DNA from: Camelus ferus
Lineage: Eukaryota
Direction: 5' to 3'
Length of the DNA: 64,000 nucleotides
Assembly (NCBI RefSeq): GCF_009834535.1
Contig: NC_045696.1
Span: 94,242,001 to 94,306,000, forward strand
The notes beneath the pieces were generated by a model. That model saw nothing but the letters and a program-made list of their open reading frames with translations, had not been told where the DNA came from and made no database searches. This document shows positions 38,335 through 50,889 of this stretch, piece after piece; position 1 is the first letter of the stretch, and each line of letters begins with the position of its first letter. The position numbers were made by a program, and so were the translations under genes.

Positions 38335-38940
38335 TGTATTCGTTTTCTACTCGTACCTAATAAATGACCACAGATGTAGTTTAAAGCAACTCCCATTTAT
38401 TAGCTCACAGTTTTGTAGGTCTCAAGTCCAGGCCTGGGTTAGCTGTATCTTACAGATTCTCATAGGCTGAAATCAAAGAGTTGACAGGGCTGTGTTCCTT
38501 TGGGGAGGCTCTGGGGGAAGAATCTGTATCCAAGCTCATTCAGGTTGGAGCAGAATTCAGTTCCTGTGGTTGTAGGCTGGAGGCCCCCGTTTCCTTGCTG
38601 GCTCTCAGCTGGGGCCACTCTCAGCTCCCAGAGGTCACCTGCGTTTCTTGTCGTGTGGCTTCTTCTATCACAAAGCCGGAGAATCCCCTATTCATTAAGC
38701 CCTCCTTAAACTTTAGATATTTTTCACCAAGAGTATGAATAAGAGTAAGGTTATGCTTTACTTGGATAATCTCCCTATTTTAGAATCAATTGACTTGGGA
38801 TCTTAATTGCATCTGTAATATCCCTTTGCTGTGTATAACAATCACTAGAATGACATCTCATCATATTCATAGGTCTGGCTGCACTCAGCGGGAGAGGATT
38901 ATATGAGGGAGTCTTAGGTCTTAGAATTCCGCCTACCACA
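38335..38940 (-). mobile_element. MLT1D/E-like MaLR LTR
   Basis: tgtattcgttttct...atttattagctcacagttttgtaggt...ggctgaaatcaa...tagaattccgcctaccaCA. Confidence 0.8.
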
Positions 38941-39104
38941 TGGCTCTTCCAAATCCACGTGTTCTTCTTGAGATGGTTTCAGTTACCACCTATAAACAGG
39001 TGAATCTCAAATCCGTATCTTCGGCCCCCCAAACACCAGCAGACCTTCAGATGCTGGCTGTTTCTACTTGCAAATCTCATAGCCATTTCAAATATACCAT
39101 GCTC

Positions 39105-39480
39105 TAAAATGGATGAAATAAATTGCATAGTTCCATAAATGGAGTGCTGAACATCAGTGAAAGTGCAAACAATACAGGTAAATATGAGAAACACAGTGCT
39201 TGGTGAAAGGAAACATACAAAAGAATACATACTGCATGATTTCTCTCATAGTAAGTTAAAAAACAGGCAGAGGTAATCAGTGGTGTTTGAGAAGCAGGAG
39301 AGGTGGGGCTTAGGAGGGGGCACAAGACAGGTTTTGGATGGTGGGGCGGCACTGGTAACGTTATGTTCTTTAATCCGGAGGTGGTTGTATTATTCACATT
39401 GCAATAATTCACTGAACTGTTCCCATACGATTTATGCAGTTTTCTGGAGCTATTCCATTCTTCAAAAAAAATTGAAAAAG
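39105..39480 (+). mobile_element. Old L1ME-type 3' end
   Basis: gaatacatactgcatgattt...aaaacaggcagaggtaatc...tcactgaactgt...ttcaaaaaaa. Confidence 0.65.
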
Positions 39481-41062
39481 AATAATTGGTTATGTCATGG
39501 CTTATTCCTCCCCTTTACCACCTTGGTCACCAAGACCTCTCACAGTGTGGCTCCTACTTTTCAACACTTCTCTCCTTGTCCTCTATGTTCCAGCCACCTT
39601 GGGCAACTTCTCTTCCTTGAACCTGTTGCAGAATTTTTTCACTTCCCTGCCTTTGCTCACTGTTCCCCCTTTCCTTCAAACACCCTCCAAACTGCCTCCA
39701 ACCATTTTTTAAGTCTCATTCCAAATGCTGCTTCTTATTCAGAATTTTCTTGATCCTTCCATTTCAGCATAATCTTTTCTTTCTCTGAAATTCCATGCTA
39801 TTTTCTACTTCTTTTTTGACCATTTTTTACTTTTAATAGTAGTAATTTTAGTTCTTGTTCTGTCCTATCTCCCATCTGGATCCCAATGAAGGGGGAAATA
39901 TGGAAAACTAATGTATGTAATAAAAAAAAAGTATGGGGTTGGGATTTAGACTAATTTTTAATGGAAATTTATTGTAGAATATTTCAAACATAGAATGAAG
40001 TATTGAGAATAGTATGATAAACTCCTATGAACTCATCACCCAGCTTCACCAATGATCATAATTCTGGCTCAATTCAGTTTTTTTTATTGACAAATAATAT
40101 TTTATTGTAAGGTTATACCAAAGTTTATCCATCCATCAGCAGTGGTGGGATGCCAGCAGCAGTTGTGGGATGAACATTGGGTTGTTTCCTCTTCTTGGCT
40201 ATTATGAATAATACTGCTATGAACATTCATGTCAATTAGATTTTTCACATTGTTTTAAAAGTTAGTCATTGTAATTGTTTGTATTAAAAGCAATAATTTA
40301 ACTGTATACATCAAAAATCTACCATATTTTAAAAAATTCAGTTTTGGTATTTCATTTTTTTTCAGTTCAATTTTGAATCCCTTATTAACTGAATGATGAT
40401 GGGGAAACTGAGATGGAAAATAAGCTACTGACTATAGGATAGATATAAAAGGCATAGAAACAAGTATAATTTGGACCTGGGTATGGTTATATGTTCAGTA
40501 TCATCCCCTTATTTGCAGTCATGGATTTCCATTTGACATGTATTAACTTTAATATTATTGTATTAACAGTTTGGTTTTAAAGTTTCTCATCTTCATTATA
40601 TGTGAGCATCCAAATGGTTTAACTAAGTTTCATAATAGGATGAACCAATGATTTTGGTCTCTATTTCAGAATACTGTAATCTTCATCCTCCCTCTCCTTG
40701 CCTCTTTCTCTTGTCACACCTTCACTCCTTCTTTCCTTCTGACATGTTTTCAGCTCTGAAAAACAGAACACCTAGGGGTTTCTGGGATGTTAAAGGTAAT
40801 GAGACTTCAGAACAATAAAGTGGCTTTCCCACTTGAATTCCTTTATTTGTGTGTGTGTGGGTTGGGGGGGAGCTTTATATAATAAACAGCAAGTGCAAAA
40901 TATATTCTAAAACTGAAAGAAAGACATGGGTTATGCACTAAAAAAACCCTAATTTTTAAATGTCTATAAAAAAGATGATTTTTCTTCAGTAGCACCTGGA
41001 AGACTACTTCTAGTGAAGACAGACAAATTAAAATCCACATTATTTTAAAACTGAGGAATTTG

Positions 41063-41086
41063 TATATGTGCTGCCGAAGTGAGCAC
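41063..41086 (-). pseudogene. Tailless 3'-truncated U6 snRNA retrocopy (U6 nt 1-24) with 17-bp TSD
   Basis: Minus strand GTGCTCACTTCGGCAGCACATATA vs U6 5' end GTGCTCGCTTCGGCAGCACATATA (1 mismatch); perfect direct repeats taaaactgaggaatttg at 41046-41062 and 41087-41103. Confidence 0.92.
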
Positions 41087-44000
41087 TAAAACTGAGGAAT
41101 TTGGAATGGACAGAGAACACTGAGTCTTTGTGTGGTTCTTTAAATGAGTTATTCATGTGTTTTAGGAAGAAGGCATTATGGGAAATACAAGTAAAGCTTG
41201 ATAAATTAAAGATGTACGGTCTTAGTTTTCCTATCTAGAAAATAAAAAGGATATTTTTTTCTCCTTAAAGTATAAAAAACATGAAAAATAAACACAAATC
41301 TAATAGACATCAGTCATCCTTAATTATATCTATTACTGAATAAGTGCATAAAGACACATTCTTCTCACTTTTCTTACAGTAAGAGCTTTTCCATTAAATG
41401 ATAACCACACCTCCACACAAACATGAGCTATGTGAAGACTATATGTCAGCAGCAGTTGTGGGTAATAAATAGGTTTAATTTTAAGCGATTAGTTTTTGTA
41501 GAATACTTGAATATTAGATTGACTATTTGGGGATTTTGAGGGTAGAGGGTGAAGGGAGCAGCAAAGTGATGAATAAATAGTTCTTTCCATGGATCTGTAC
41601 AATGCCCAGCAGAATGATGGTCTTTGAAAGTGTTAAATTACAATCCATGCAAATTGGTTGGGATGCTGGGTGAGCACAGAAATACAGATGGGTAACAATG
41701 TTTCCTGTTAGCATTCTTGAGATGCTTCATTGGTTCATTAAGTTCACATAGAAAAGCTTGTCTTTTGAAAGGTTTTTCAGCACAACATAATTCTTTTTCC
41801 TTCAAATTATTTTCATTTTCTGCCAAGCCTTGCTAAGGAAGTTGGCATTTTGTGCCAACCAGTCAGTGACTCACTCACACATTTTGTTTTGTCCACACTG
41901 GTTCAGTGACTCTTGCCATCCTTACTAACACAGTAATTATTCTGGCTTGCACTTACATTGAACAATTGATTAATGCCTGCCCCCTTCCATCTGCAGTAAA
42001 GCAAAAGCATTTGCACAATCATTTTAACAATCACATTAAAGATCATAGAGATAGACTACTTATTAAGCAATATTTGTACCACAGCAGCAAAGGATTTTAA
42101 TGTTATATTGTTGCCAGGCAAAGGAGAGATAGGGAGGCAACTGGAGGTGAGAACTAGATGTTTAGTGAAGACTTTTTAAAGAGCATCTTTGAAAACACTA
42201 GATAATAATCATAGCACGTGTAAAATGTTGCAGCTTACAGGGTGTTATGTCCTGTTCCAATTATATTTACTGGGTTGAAGGTTAATTAAATGAAAAAGTA
42301 ATTCTTTGCAATCTTTAGTGAAAAATTAAACTATTGTTTTAAATGACATCAAAGCAAGGGAAAAAGCCCTATACTTTAATTTCACATTACAAGGCATATA
42401 CATGCTTTACCTATAGATTTATATTCAATGTATAGTTTCTTCTCAATCATTTTTTTTTATAAAGATAGGTTTACTCCATTGTTTTCTCCAGACTCCTTAA
42501 CCGTGCAATTGTAATTTAAATGAACTTTGAACTTCTATAATCAGGAACCCATGATTGTATTTAATTCTTGGCCTCCCTTGTCTAATAAAGCAAGGATGCT
42601 ATCTTTGCCTTCATTCTCAGTCTAACTTTTCACTTCTTCTCTTCCTCATCATTAGCAAGCTCTTAAAACACATTGTGTTAGTAGTAGCTTACTAGATAAA
42701 CCATCCATTATGACCGCTTTAATCCATGTCTGCTTTACTTTATGGCTTTACTGAATGCTACCGGTAGAGTCAATCTACAGCATGTTCATTTTATTGTAAT
42801 AATACCCATTATTTAGTACATGTGTACCACATTTCCTCTCAGGTATTTGTAGCACTTTAACCAAACATTGTCATTAGGAGGTCCTTAAATAAATAATAAT
42901 GGCAATACTTTGCATAAGATTATAGAAAACATTTTTTTTTCAGGGCTTATTTATTTCCACAGAATAGCAAAATGCAGTCATTTCCAAAATGAGAAAATTC
43001 AACCATCCTCCACATCTTTTCTGAAATATTTGATATTTTTAGCAACTTAATTTCTCTCCAGGTAAAATAAGTTAACATAATATTATTCTTAACTAGTACT
43101 TGTTATTCATGTGTGCAGTCAGGTAACATATTATTGATAAGACTATAATTGACAGCACGGATTCACTTTATATTTTCACCACTCCTTGCCTTTTCTAAAC
43201 AGAGGGAAAGAAAACTTTCAGCTGAAAGAAGTTCCTTGAGTTCACAACTCAAGATTAAATTTCCCATTCACATTAAGCTGAACAACTATGGTGCGAAAGG
43301 TAGAATGAGAAGGTTCAATAACATAGGAAACAGCCCCAGGTTATCCATCATACAAGAGTATGAGAATAAAAATTAGGCCATTGAAAAAGTAATAAAATTA
43401 ACTTGGAAGGATTCCAGCCTGTCTGTAAAAAGCAAACAATGATAAGGGACAGATAAAAATGGATGGAAAATTGCCCAGTGAAAAACGAATATGCAATTGG
43501 GACTTGATTTGTATTTTTAAACAGATTAGTATTAGGCTAGGTCGGCATTCTCCAGTTAGCCTTTATCGCATGTCATCGCTTCTTCATTCTGCATAATCAG
43601 TTTATATAGTTTTCAATATATTGGTTTATGTTCTAATCCAAATAAAAAGTGCTGTTCATTACTGCAACCATCCCAAGAGTTTATTATCCAATTAACCAGC
43701 TATCCACATATTTCAGATATGCTTGGGAAGTCCTGCTTCTGGCTTTATAGGAGTCTTCTGTTGAAGTGAAAGGTGAACCACAAGTTCAGCCCCAGATAGG
43801 GACCTGTTCTGAATGTTTTATACCATATTCTTGCAGTAGTATTTCATCATTCATGAGGCAAGAACTAAACCTGCAGCTATTAGTGGAATGTTTTTGCCGG
43901 TGCATCTGCTTTGCAAGGCTAGCAACTGAGAAGAGGAAGTGAGTGGAAACTACCACTTTCAGAAGACAGTGAAAGTTAATGGAAATTGTCTGTGAGTGGG

Positions 44001-44689
44001 CAAGGGCACTCTAAACTGCTAAAACTGTATTTGCAAATATTGCATATTAGATTTCCCTCTTGAAGATACCCAGTATGCCTGAGAACATTAAAGGTGCTGA
44101 CAGTAAACTTTGTTTAGCCTAGAACGTCCCAAATTTATTTGGCCACATACGCTTGCTTTCACCATGGACTTACTAGTATATCTAGGACCTTTTGTTTGTT
44201 CCACACACACTTTAGGAAAGAGTATATTCTCACTTCTGGGAAACAGTAACAGAGGATAGCTAGAATGGAAGTAGACGAAGGTAGCTGGCTGGCTGGTAGG
44301 CTACAGTCACGTACAGTGGCGTGGAGCACAGCTCCTGAGGCTGTGATTCAGTGATTGAATAGGGAGCTCTGTTCCAGGCAGATTGGGAACTAGCTAGCTG
44401 TTCAAGATACATTATTTGACTTTTGCTTATGCCCTGGGTGGAGACATGCAATACCTGTAGAGGAAAGGTGTGGGGACAAAGACATGGGAGTCTGCTGCAG
44501 AAATTTGTCTCTAATCAGAATTTGAGGGCGCCTTTATTTCTCATATAATTGTCCCAACTTTGACCCTTCTTTATTAAAAAAAAAAAAAGTACTAGAATGT
44601 GTCATCCAAACCATCTCCAAGATAAATAAGCATCTTGGAGAATTCATTCACACTGTTGTGGGCTCTCCCACTGGGAGAAAAAACATTTG

Positions 44690-45080
44690 GGAAGAACAAG
44701 AGCTTCAGGATCAGGCTGAGTCCAGTTCAAATTCTGGATCACAACTTAATTAAATGCATGATCTTGGGCAAGGTATTTCATTTCTTTAATTCGTTTCCTC
44801 AAGTGTGGGTCATACTGTATACCTCACTGCACTGTCTTTTGCTAATATGTTCTTGATGCTCCCAGCCAAAGCAATAGAATGTTTCGTACAGGCATTATGT
44901 TGAATGTTTTGCATGTGTTATACTGTTTATTTCCTGTAATAACCCTATGATAAGTGGTACTATTATTATCTCCGTTTTACAGGGAGGAAACTGATACACA
45001 GAAAAATGTCACAAGGTTACCTAGATAGTAAGTGGTAGAGTTTGGATTTTAGTCTGATTCTGACTCTTAAGACTATGTTA
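44690..45080. mobile_element. Two MIR fragments in opposite orientation (+ ~44690-44830; - ~44885-45080)
   Basis: atgatcttgggcaaggtatttc...tttcctc; tactattattatctccgttttacagggaggaaactga. Confidence 0.7.
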
Positions 45081-45860
45081 TTCCACCTAGATACGCAGTT
45101 GCAGGAGGGAAATGATAAAACGTAAATTACCTCTGTGTTCCCAGGTGTCTAATATTAACATATTAACAATTAAACTAGGATTCTGATAGCTCTAAATCTC
45201 CAGCTACTTACTCTGGAACTGCAGTGTCTACCGAAGACCTCTCTTTGTAAAAGTATTCTTAGCCTCTTCCAGATAATCACTGTGATAATCAAATCTTTTT
45301 GTAGTACCTCTCTCAAAGGCAAAGACAATAGATTGTTCCTGAGTTACACAGTGGCACCTGCAGCATATTTGATCCTGAGTTTAATGATGCACACCATTTA
45401 GCTTACTGATACATCCTTTTCTTTCCCCTGGCACAAATTAGCTGTATCTAAGTAACTTTCCGTAATCTTCTATCATTCTGAACTTGACTAACAATATCCA
45501 CTCCTCTCTGATACCTAGGGTTTATTGCTGAATTCAGCATATCATAGAAACCTTTCCTTTTGATGGTTTCTCTCTTAATGTCACTAAAATCTTATTTCTT
45601 TTACCCTTTTCCCTCTGAGTTTCACAGACATATCTGTACATTTCTGAACCCCAATTGCAGATAAAACATAGTACAAAAATATCCCTACCTGGGGAAAGCT
45701 CCTCAAGTCCACTGTAAGTCAAAATTGTGAAATCAATATCTGTAGGGAGATATGTCAGGTAATATGCCAGAGGTAACTAAATCTCAGTTTTTACCAATCC
45801 AGGACTCTGATTCACAAACAAATGAATAATTTCACAGAGCTGGAAATGGCTCATATTGGC

Positions 45861-46157
45861 TGTCGGCAGCCTTAAGTGAGTGGGCCATGGGGCCCAGGCC
45901 AAAGTTCACAATAGCTGGCACCTGGTAAGAGGTAAATGTACGCACGCACCAGCAGCGTGAGTCAGCATTATGAACACTATGTATGCGCCACTAGCTTTAT
46001 AAGAGGACAAGTGCATACACCTGAGCACCGCCCGCCATGTGCACCACCTGCTTGTACTGCAATAAAGTGCTGTTTTGCTCCACGTTGGCTCCTCGTACCT
46101 TCTTCCCATTGGGCAGCTCCCCTCCTCGAATCCCTCTTCAGCCTTGCTCAGCTGACA
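45861..46157 (+). mobile_element. Young 297-bp solo LTR, family unassigned
   Basis: TGTCGGC...GCTGACA inverted termini; perfect 5-bp TSD ttggc (45856-45860, 46158-46162); TGAGTCA 45958-45964, TATAAGA 45998-46004, AATAAA 46061-46066; many CpGs retained. Confidence 0.88.
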
Positions 46158-46200
46158 TTGGCTCAGAAGATTGTTAAATTTTTCAAAAATTTACAAGCCA

Positions 46201-46342
46201 GTAGTAGCTCATGGTGAAAAAGAATATGAAAATGAATATATGTGTATTCATGTATGACTAAAAAATTGCACCGTGTACCAGAAATTGACACAACACTGTA
46301 AACTGACTATAACTCAATAAAAAAATTAAGAGAACTATAAAA
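46201..46342 (+). mobile_element. Very short lineage-specific L1 3' tail with imperfect ~16-bp TSD
   Basis: tgtaccagaaattgacacaacactgtaaactgactataactcaataaaaa; flanks aaaaatttacaagcca / aaaaaattgcaagcca. Confidence 0.85.
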
Positions 46343-46886
46343 AAAAATTGCAAGCCATTTGATAGCTTGAAATCGTCCACCATGGGAGTATATACACTAT
46401 GGAAATCAACAAGTGCTACAAATCAGTGCTTCCTCCATCTTCCCTCATTCCAGCTCCAGAGAGTTCCTTGTTCACCATTTCCCAGGGCACCACTACTTCT
46501 CCATCTTCTTTTGTTGAATACTAAGAAAAGTTGGGGGCAGGGTCTTAGCGAAAAGGAATGTTGAAAGTGGGACAGATAAAGTCAACCTTTTATAAATCCA
46601 GCTGAGATATTTCTGAGGAGCTACAGTTTCCTTCTGGCAAGTCTAGCTTGTTTTTTGATACTTGTCATTACAGGATAAGAATTTAGGTGAATGTTTTCTG
46701 ATTCAATTAACGTGGCAGTTGGCAAAAAAAAGAAAGTCTGAAATTAAGGATATTTTATTTTTGTTGCCATGATTTCAGTGAGCTAAACCTTTAAAAGCTT
46801 GTTTCTCAAGTAAAAATTAACATGTGATGGAGAAATTAAGAACCCAAGATGTTTTACTTTAGTTTGAATCAGTTTGAGGTTTAGAA

Positions 46887-47031
46887 CAGTGGCTCTCAGC
46901 CCTGCCGCATATTAGAATCACCTGGGTGCTTTGAAAACCCTTTGATGCCAGAGGCCCTTCCCAGATCAATTAACTCAGATTCTGGAGGTTCTTCAGGTGA
47001 TTTTAGTTTCACCGGGGATTGAAAGCTGCTG
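46887..47031. mobile_element. MER5A-like hAT-Charlie
   Basis: cagtggctctcag...attagaatcacctggg...caggtgattt...gattgaaagctgctg. Confidence 0.8.
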
Positions 47032-47617
47032 CGGAGAGTTTGGGATCTTCCCTTGTGATTGAAGGCAGTTATTTATTTAAGGCAGGACGTGCAGTGGTTT
47101 TCTGAAGAGTTGGCGTTTCTTTGGAGTCTGGGGGTGAGCACAGAACTGTAAGTGTTTTGAATTTATCTTTTGTTGTTCTTGTATGTTTTTGTAACAGTGT
47201 ACTATTTACCGCCAGCACATCTTGAAGTTGTAGTACAAGCATTTACGTAAAAAACACTGGGGAGAAATTTTGGAAAATCAGTTGCAAAACAAATTTACTT
47301 TTCTTCTTGATTGTAGAAATAAATCCCAAGTGAGGAGCGGTCAGAATTTCTCTGAAAGCATGTTCTGGGTATTTCTCCATCTATCTCCATGATAGTCTTT
47401 CACTTGGAGAGGTTGTGTAGAATCTGAAGTAGTTGCCTGCCAATTTGCGTTTTCCTTGTTGCAAAGTTTTTATTTGTAACTTTTCTTCTCTTGTTGTGTT
47501 GCAAAAAAACACACAATTCTTATCTAGTAGTGTATTAAAGGAGGCCCTGACTAATCCTTTTGTGGCCCTAAGTGGTGGTGGAGGGAAAACATGGTGTTCC
47601 CACATCAAATGTGCTTA

Positions 47618-47650
47618 AAAAACAAACAAAAACAAACAAACAAACAAACA
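47618..47650. repeat. (AAAC)n microsatellite
   Basis: aaaaacaaacaaaaacaaacaaacaaacaaaca. Confidence 0.9.
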
Positions 47651-48754
47651 CTAAGCTTTAAAAGAAGTATGAGAAAATCTAAAGAAGTTCCAAGTTTTTC
47701 CAAAGTATGTTGACTCCCTTTTAAAAACAAATATAAAACTCTCTCAAAAATATTTTGGGTGACTTAATCCTGTTCACAGGCTGCCCCTTAGGCTGAGTAG
47801 TCCAGCACTAGATTGAAAATGATTTCTCTGTTTTTGCTGACTTCTTTCCCCAAAATTTACCATCCATGAATTTCCAAATCTTGATGACACAATGACTGAG
47901 ACTACAGTCTGAAGATGATAAATTGTCACATAAAAATGATAGATTTGAAAGAAAAAGTGAAAAGTCAGAATAATATAAATCTGGCCCAGATGACAAATGC
48001 TGAAATAAGAGGCAGATTTGCCAGGTAATTATATTTATTTGAAAAGCCATAGTTTTAAACTCATTTCTTTATGAAAGCATTCATTTCTTTGCTAGGCTTT
48101 CTCTAGAACTGACCGTTGTTTTTACTTTACCCCCGTGTATGGGAGAAAAACCACTTCGTTGGCAAAAAAGAAAGTTCTCACTATAACACCTAATTATAAA
48201 AGCACACAGATTAAACTGCAGTTATATGAAAGTTCAGTTATGTTAATTTCATACATATTAAAGGGGTTAAAGTCAATTTAGCTTTTTCACTTCTAACATT
48301 AAGTGGGTATCTATGAAGAAATTAGAGAGTCATATTTAAATCCAGTCACACTGAAAAAAGGGTCAAGAGAGTAGTTTTCAGAAAGGTCATAAAAGTCGAA
48401 TGTCATTTTCAAACTTCTTCAGGAAGAATATGAAAAATGTAAGTGGAGTGTGTTGAAAATGACATAGCAGATAGCTTTAACACTGCAGATTTCTCTTGGT
48501 TTCTATTCTTGAATTCCTCTTACACTGAATAGTCATATGACTTTTATAGAGTTAAACAGTGAGGCTGACAATCATGTGACAATCATGGGTCTAAGGATTC
48601 TTTCTTCTAGAAGGACAAATCCTACACAGTCTGAGTGATGACAAGAGAACTTCACGGTATAGTTAGAAATTTATGGTTTTATTGGTTACAGGATGACAGC
48701 ATGGGGGGAACACGTTTGGATGTTTGAACTGTCTAAAGATGGGCCCCAGAAATT

Positions 48755-49350
48755 TTTAAGTTTTAATTAAAATACAACCAATACATAAAGGGTAAACAAA
48801 TCACATATGTATATAGCTTGATAATATTTTGTGAAGTGGACACACCTGTGTAGCCACCACCCCAATTAAGATATGGAACACCACTAGCACCCCAGAAGTA
48901 TCACACATCACCCCTAAAGGAGGTAATTGCTATCATGACTTCTGTCACCAGAGATCTGATTTGTCTGTTTGGGACCTTCATATGAATGAAATCATACTGG
49001 ATTACATTGTTTTACTTTTGCTCAACGTTTTCTGTAGATGCAACCAGGTTGAAGCATGAAATTTTTTTTCAATACTACGTGATCTTTCATTGGAAGAATA
49101 TACCAAAAACTTATTTATCCCTTCTATTGATAGACTTTGGGGTTGTTGCCAGATTGTTGCTATAATGTCTAATATTGCTATAAATACCCTGTGCATGTCT
49201 TTTGGTGCACACATATACATGTATCTACTGGGTATATGTCCTGAATTGGAATCCTGAGTTGTAAGATAGTATTTTCAAAAGCTTAACATACCTGACAGTT
49301 GTTTTCCAAAGGGGTTATACTAATTGATACTCACTTCAACAATGTGTATG
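48755..49350 (-). mobile_element. Old L1 3' region (L1MC/ME-type)
   Basis: cacacctgtgtagccaccacccaattaagatatggaaca; ttgggttgttgccagattgttgctat; track ORF 49002-49220 resembles decayed ORF2 end. Confidence 0.75.
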
Positions 49351-50323
49351 AATGTAAGTAATTAAGTCAGAGGGAAATTTGTGCATGGACAATCAGAATC
49401 AGCCCTTTATGTTTTACCAGAATAAATATGGAGTAATGGAGATAGTGTTAGGGCTGAAAACATGGATTTGGGAGATAGTATTAGGTCTGGAAACATGGAT
49501 TTGGGACAGGCTGCTCTTATGGATGGCAGTCAGGAAAGGAAGACATGGAACTTGAAGAAATGTCTATATTTAGGGAGAAATGAGAGAGCAGCAAGAAAGA
49601 CAGAAATACCAGGCTTAGAGGAAAGAAAGTTCAGTGTTTAAACTGGGGAGTAAATTAAACTGGTAAAAGGAGGAGCCAACTCTATCATGGCATATAGCAA
49701 AATGTTTGAAGTTGCTGTACTTTGAAGAGTATACTGGTATGCTTCCAAGAATACCGATAAGTTGCTGTTGGATTTGGAAATCAGAGTTGACATTAAGAGA
49801 AACATTTTTTTAAAATGAAAGGGGGTGGAAGCCTATTTGCAGTGGAATAAAGAGTGAGGAGGAGGAAAGGAATTGATGAATCTAGGTAACTTCCAAACTG
49901 TCAGTGCCAGAAAGACGGAGAGGCTACAGGGATGGGGAGAGGGCACTGGGTAGCTGAACCTGATGAAATGGAAGGTGTACAAAGAAGAGTAATAGGAGAC
50001 AGACCAGCTTGAAAAACTACAATGAGCAGCTTCTGAAGAGATGTGAATGGCTCATCAATGTGTCTGGTTTTTATCCTCTGGGCCAGAGTGGTCTCTGATG
50101 GGGTGGAAGAAAAGAGAAAACATTACCCTCTGGAGGGTTTAATAATGTTCCTTTCTCTGCTGTCAGGTATTTTGATGAAATATTCCTGGAAGAAATATCT
50201 TACTTGAAATTCAGACAATGTGGACTGATTAGTAAGGAGGCAAAAAAAAGTGATTCACATCTTCCTAGGTCCTTCCTTTTTTAGAAGCCTCATTTCCTAG
50301 TGTTCTTCACATTCTGTTTAAGC

Positions 50324-50889
50324 CAGGGATTCTCAACAGTAGTAGTACAGTTGGCCCTCTGCATCCTTGGGTTAAACATCTGAGGATTCAACCAACTGCA
50401 TATTGAAAATATTTGGGAGAGGGATTCCAGACATTTCCAAAAAGCAAAACTAGAATTTACCACACCCTAGCAATAATTTACATAGCATTTACATTGTTTA
50501 CAACTATGTATATAGCATTTCCATTGTATTAGGTATTAAGTGTAATCTAGAGATGACTTAAAGTATGCGGGAGAATGTGTGTAGGTCACATGCAAACAGT
50601 AGGCCATTTTATATAAGGGATTTGACCATCCCTGTGTCTTGGTATCCATGAGGGTCCTGGAATCAAACCTTTGTGAATACCAGGAGACAGCTGTATTGAC
50701 ACTCTGGGCCAGAAAGTTTCTCACTGTGGAGGGACTGTCCTGTGCATTGCAGGATGTTTGGCAGCATCCCTTGGTCACTACCAGTAGCCCTTTTCTCCCC
50801 TCAGTCATAACAACCAAAGTTACTCCAGACTTTGCTAAATGTTCCCTGGGGCAAAATTGCCCCCCTCTTCCCCACATTGACACCCACTG
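50324..50889 (-). mobile_element. MER20 (hAT-Charlie) interrupted by MER2
   Basis: cagggattctcaac...[MER2]...ttgacactctgggccaga...ctgtcctgtgcattgcaggatgtttggcagcatcc...ggggcaaaattgccccc...cactg. Confidence 0.88.
50348..50693. mobile_element. MER2 (TcMar-Tigger) full length with TA TSD
   Basis: TA|cagttggccctctgcatcc...gtaatctagagatgacttaaagtatgcgggag...gaataccaggagacagctg|TA. Confidence 0.9.

Larger units (their letters stand above)
45835..46495 (+). mobile_element. MER63-like hAT-Blackjack element split into three pieces by an LTR and an L1 tail
   Basis: Reconstructed: gctggaaatggctcatattggc|tcagaagattgttaaattttcaaaaatttacaagcca|...ttgaaatcgtccaccatgggagtatatacactatggaaatcaacaagtgctacaaatcag...gcaccacta. 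Confidence 0.75.
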
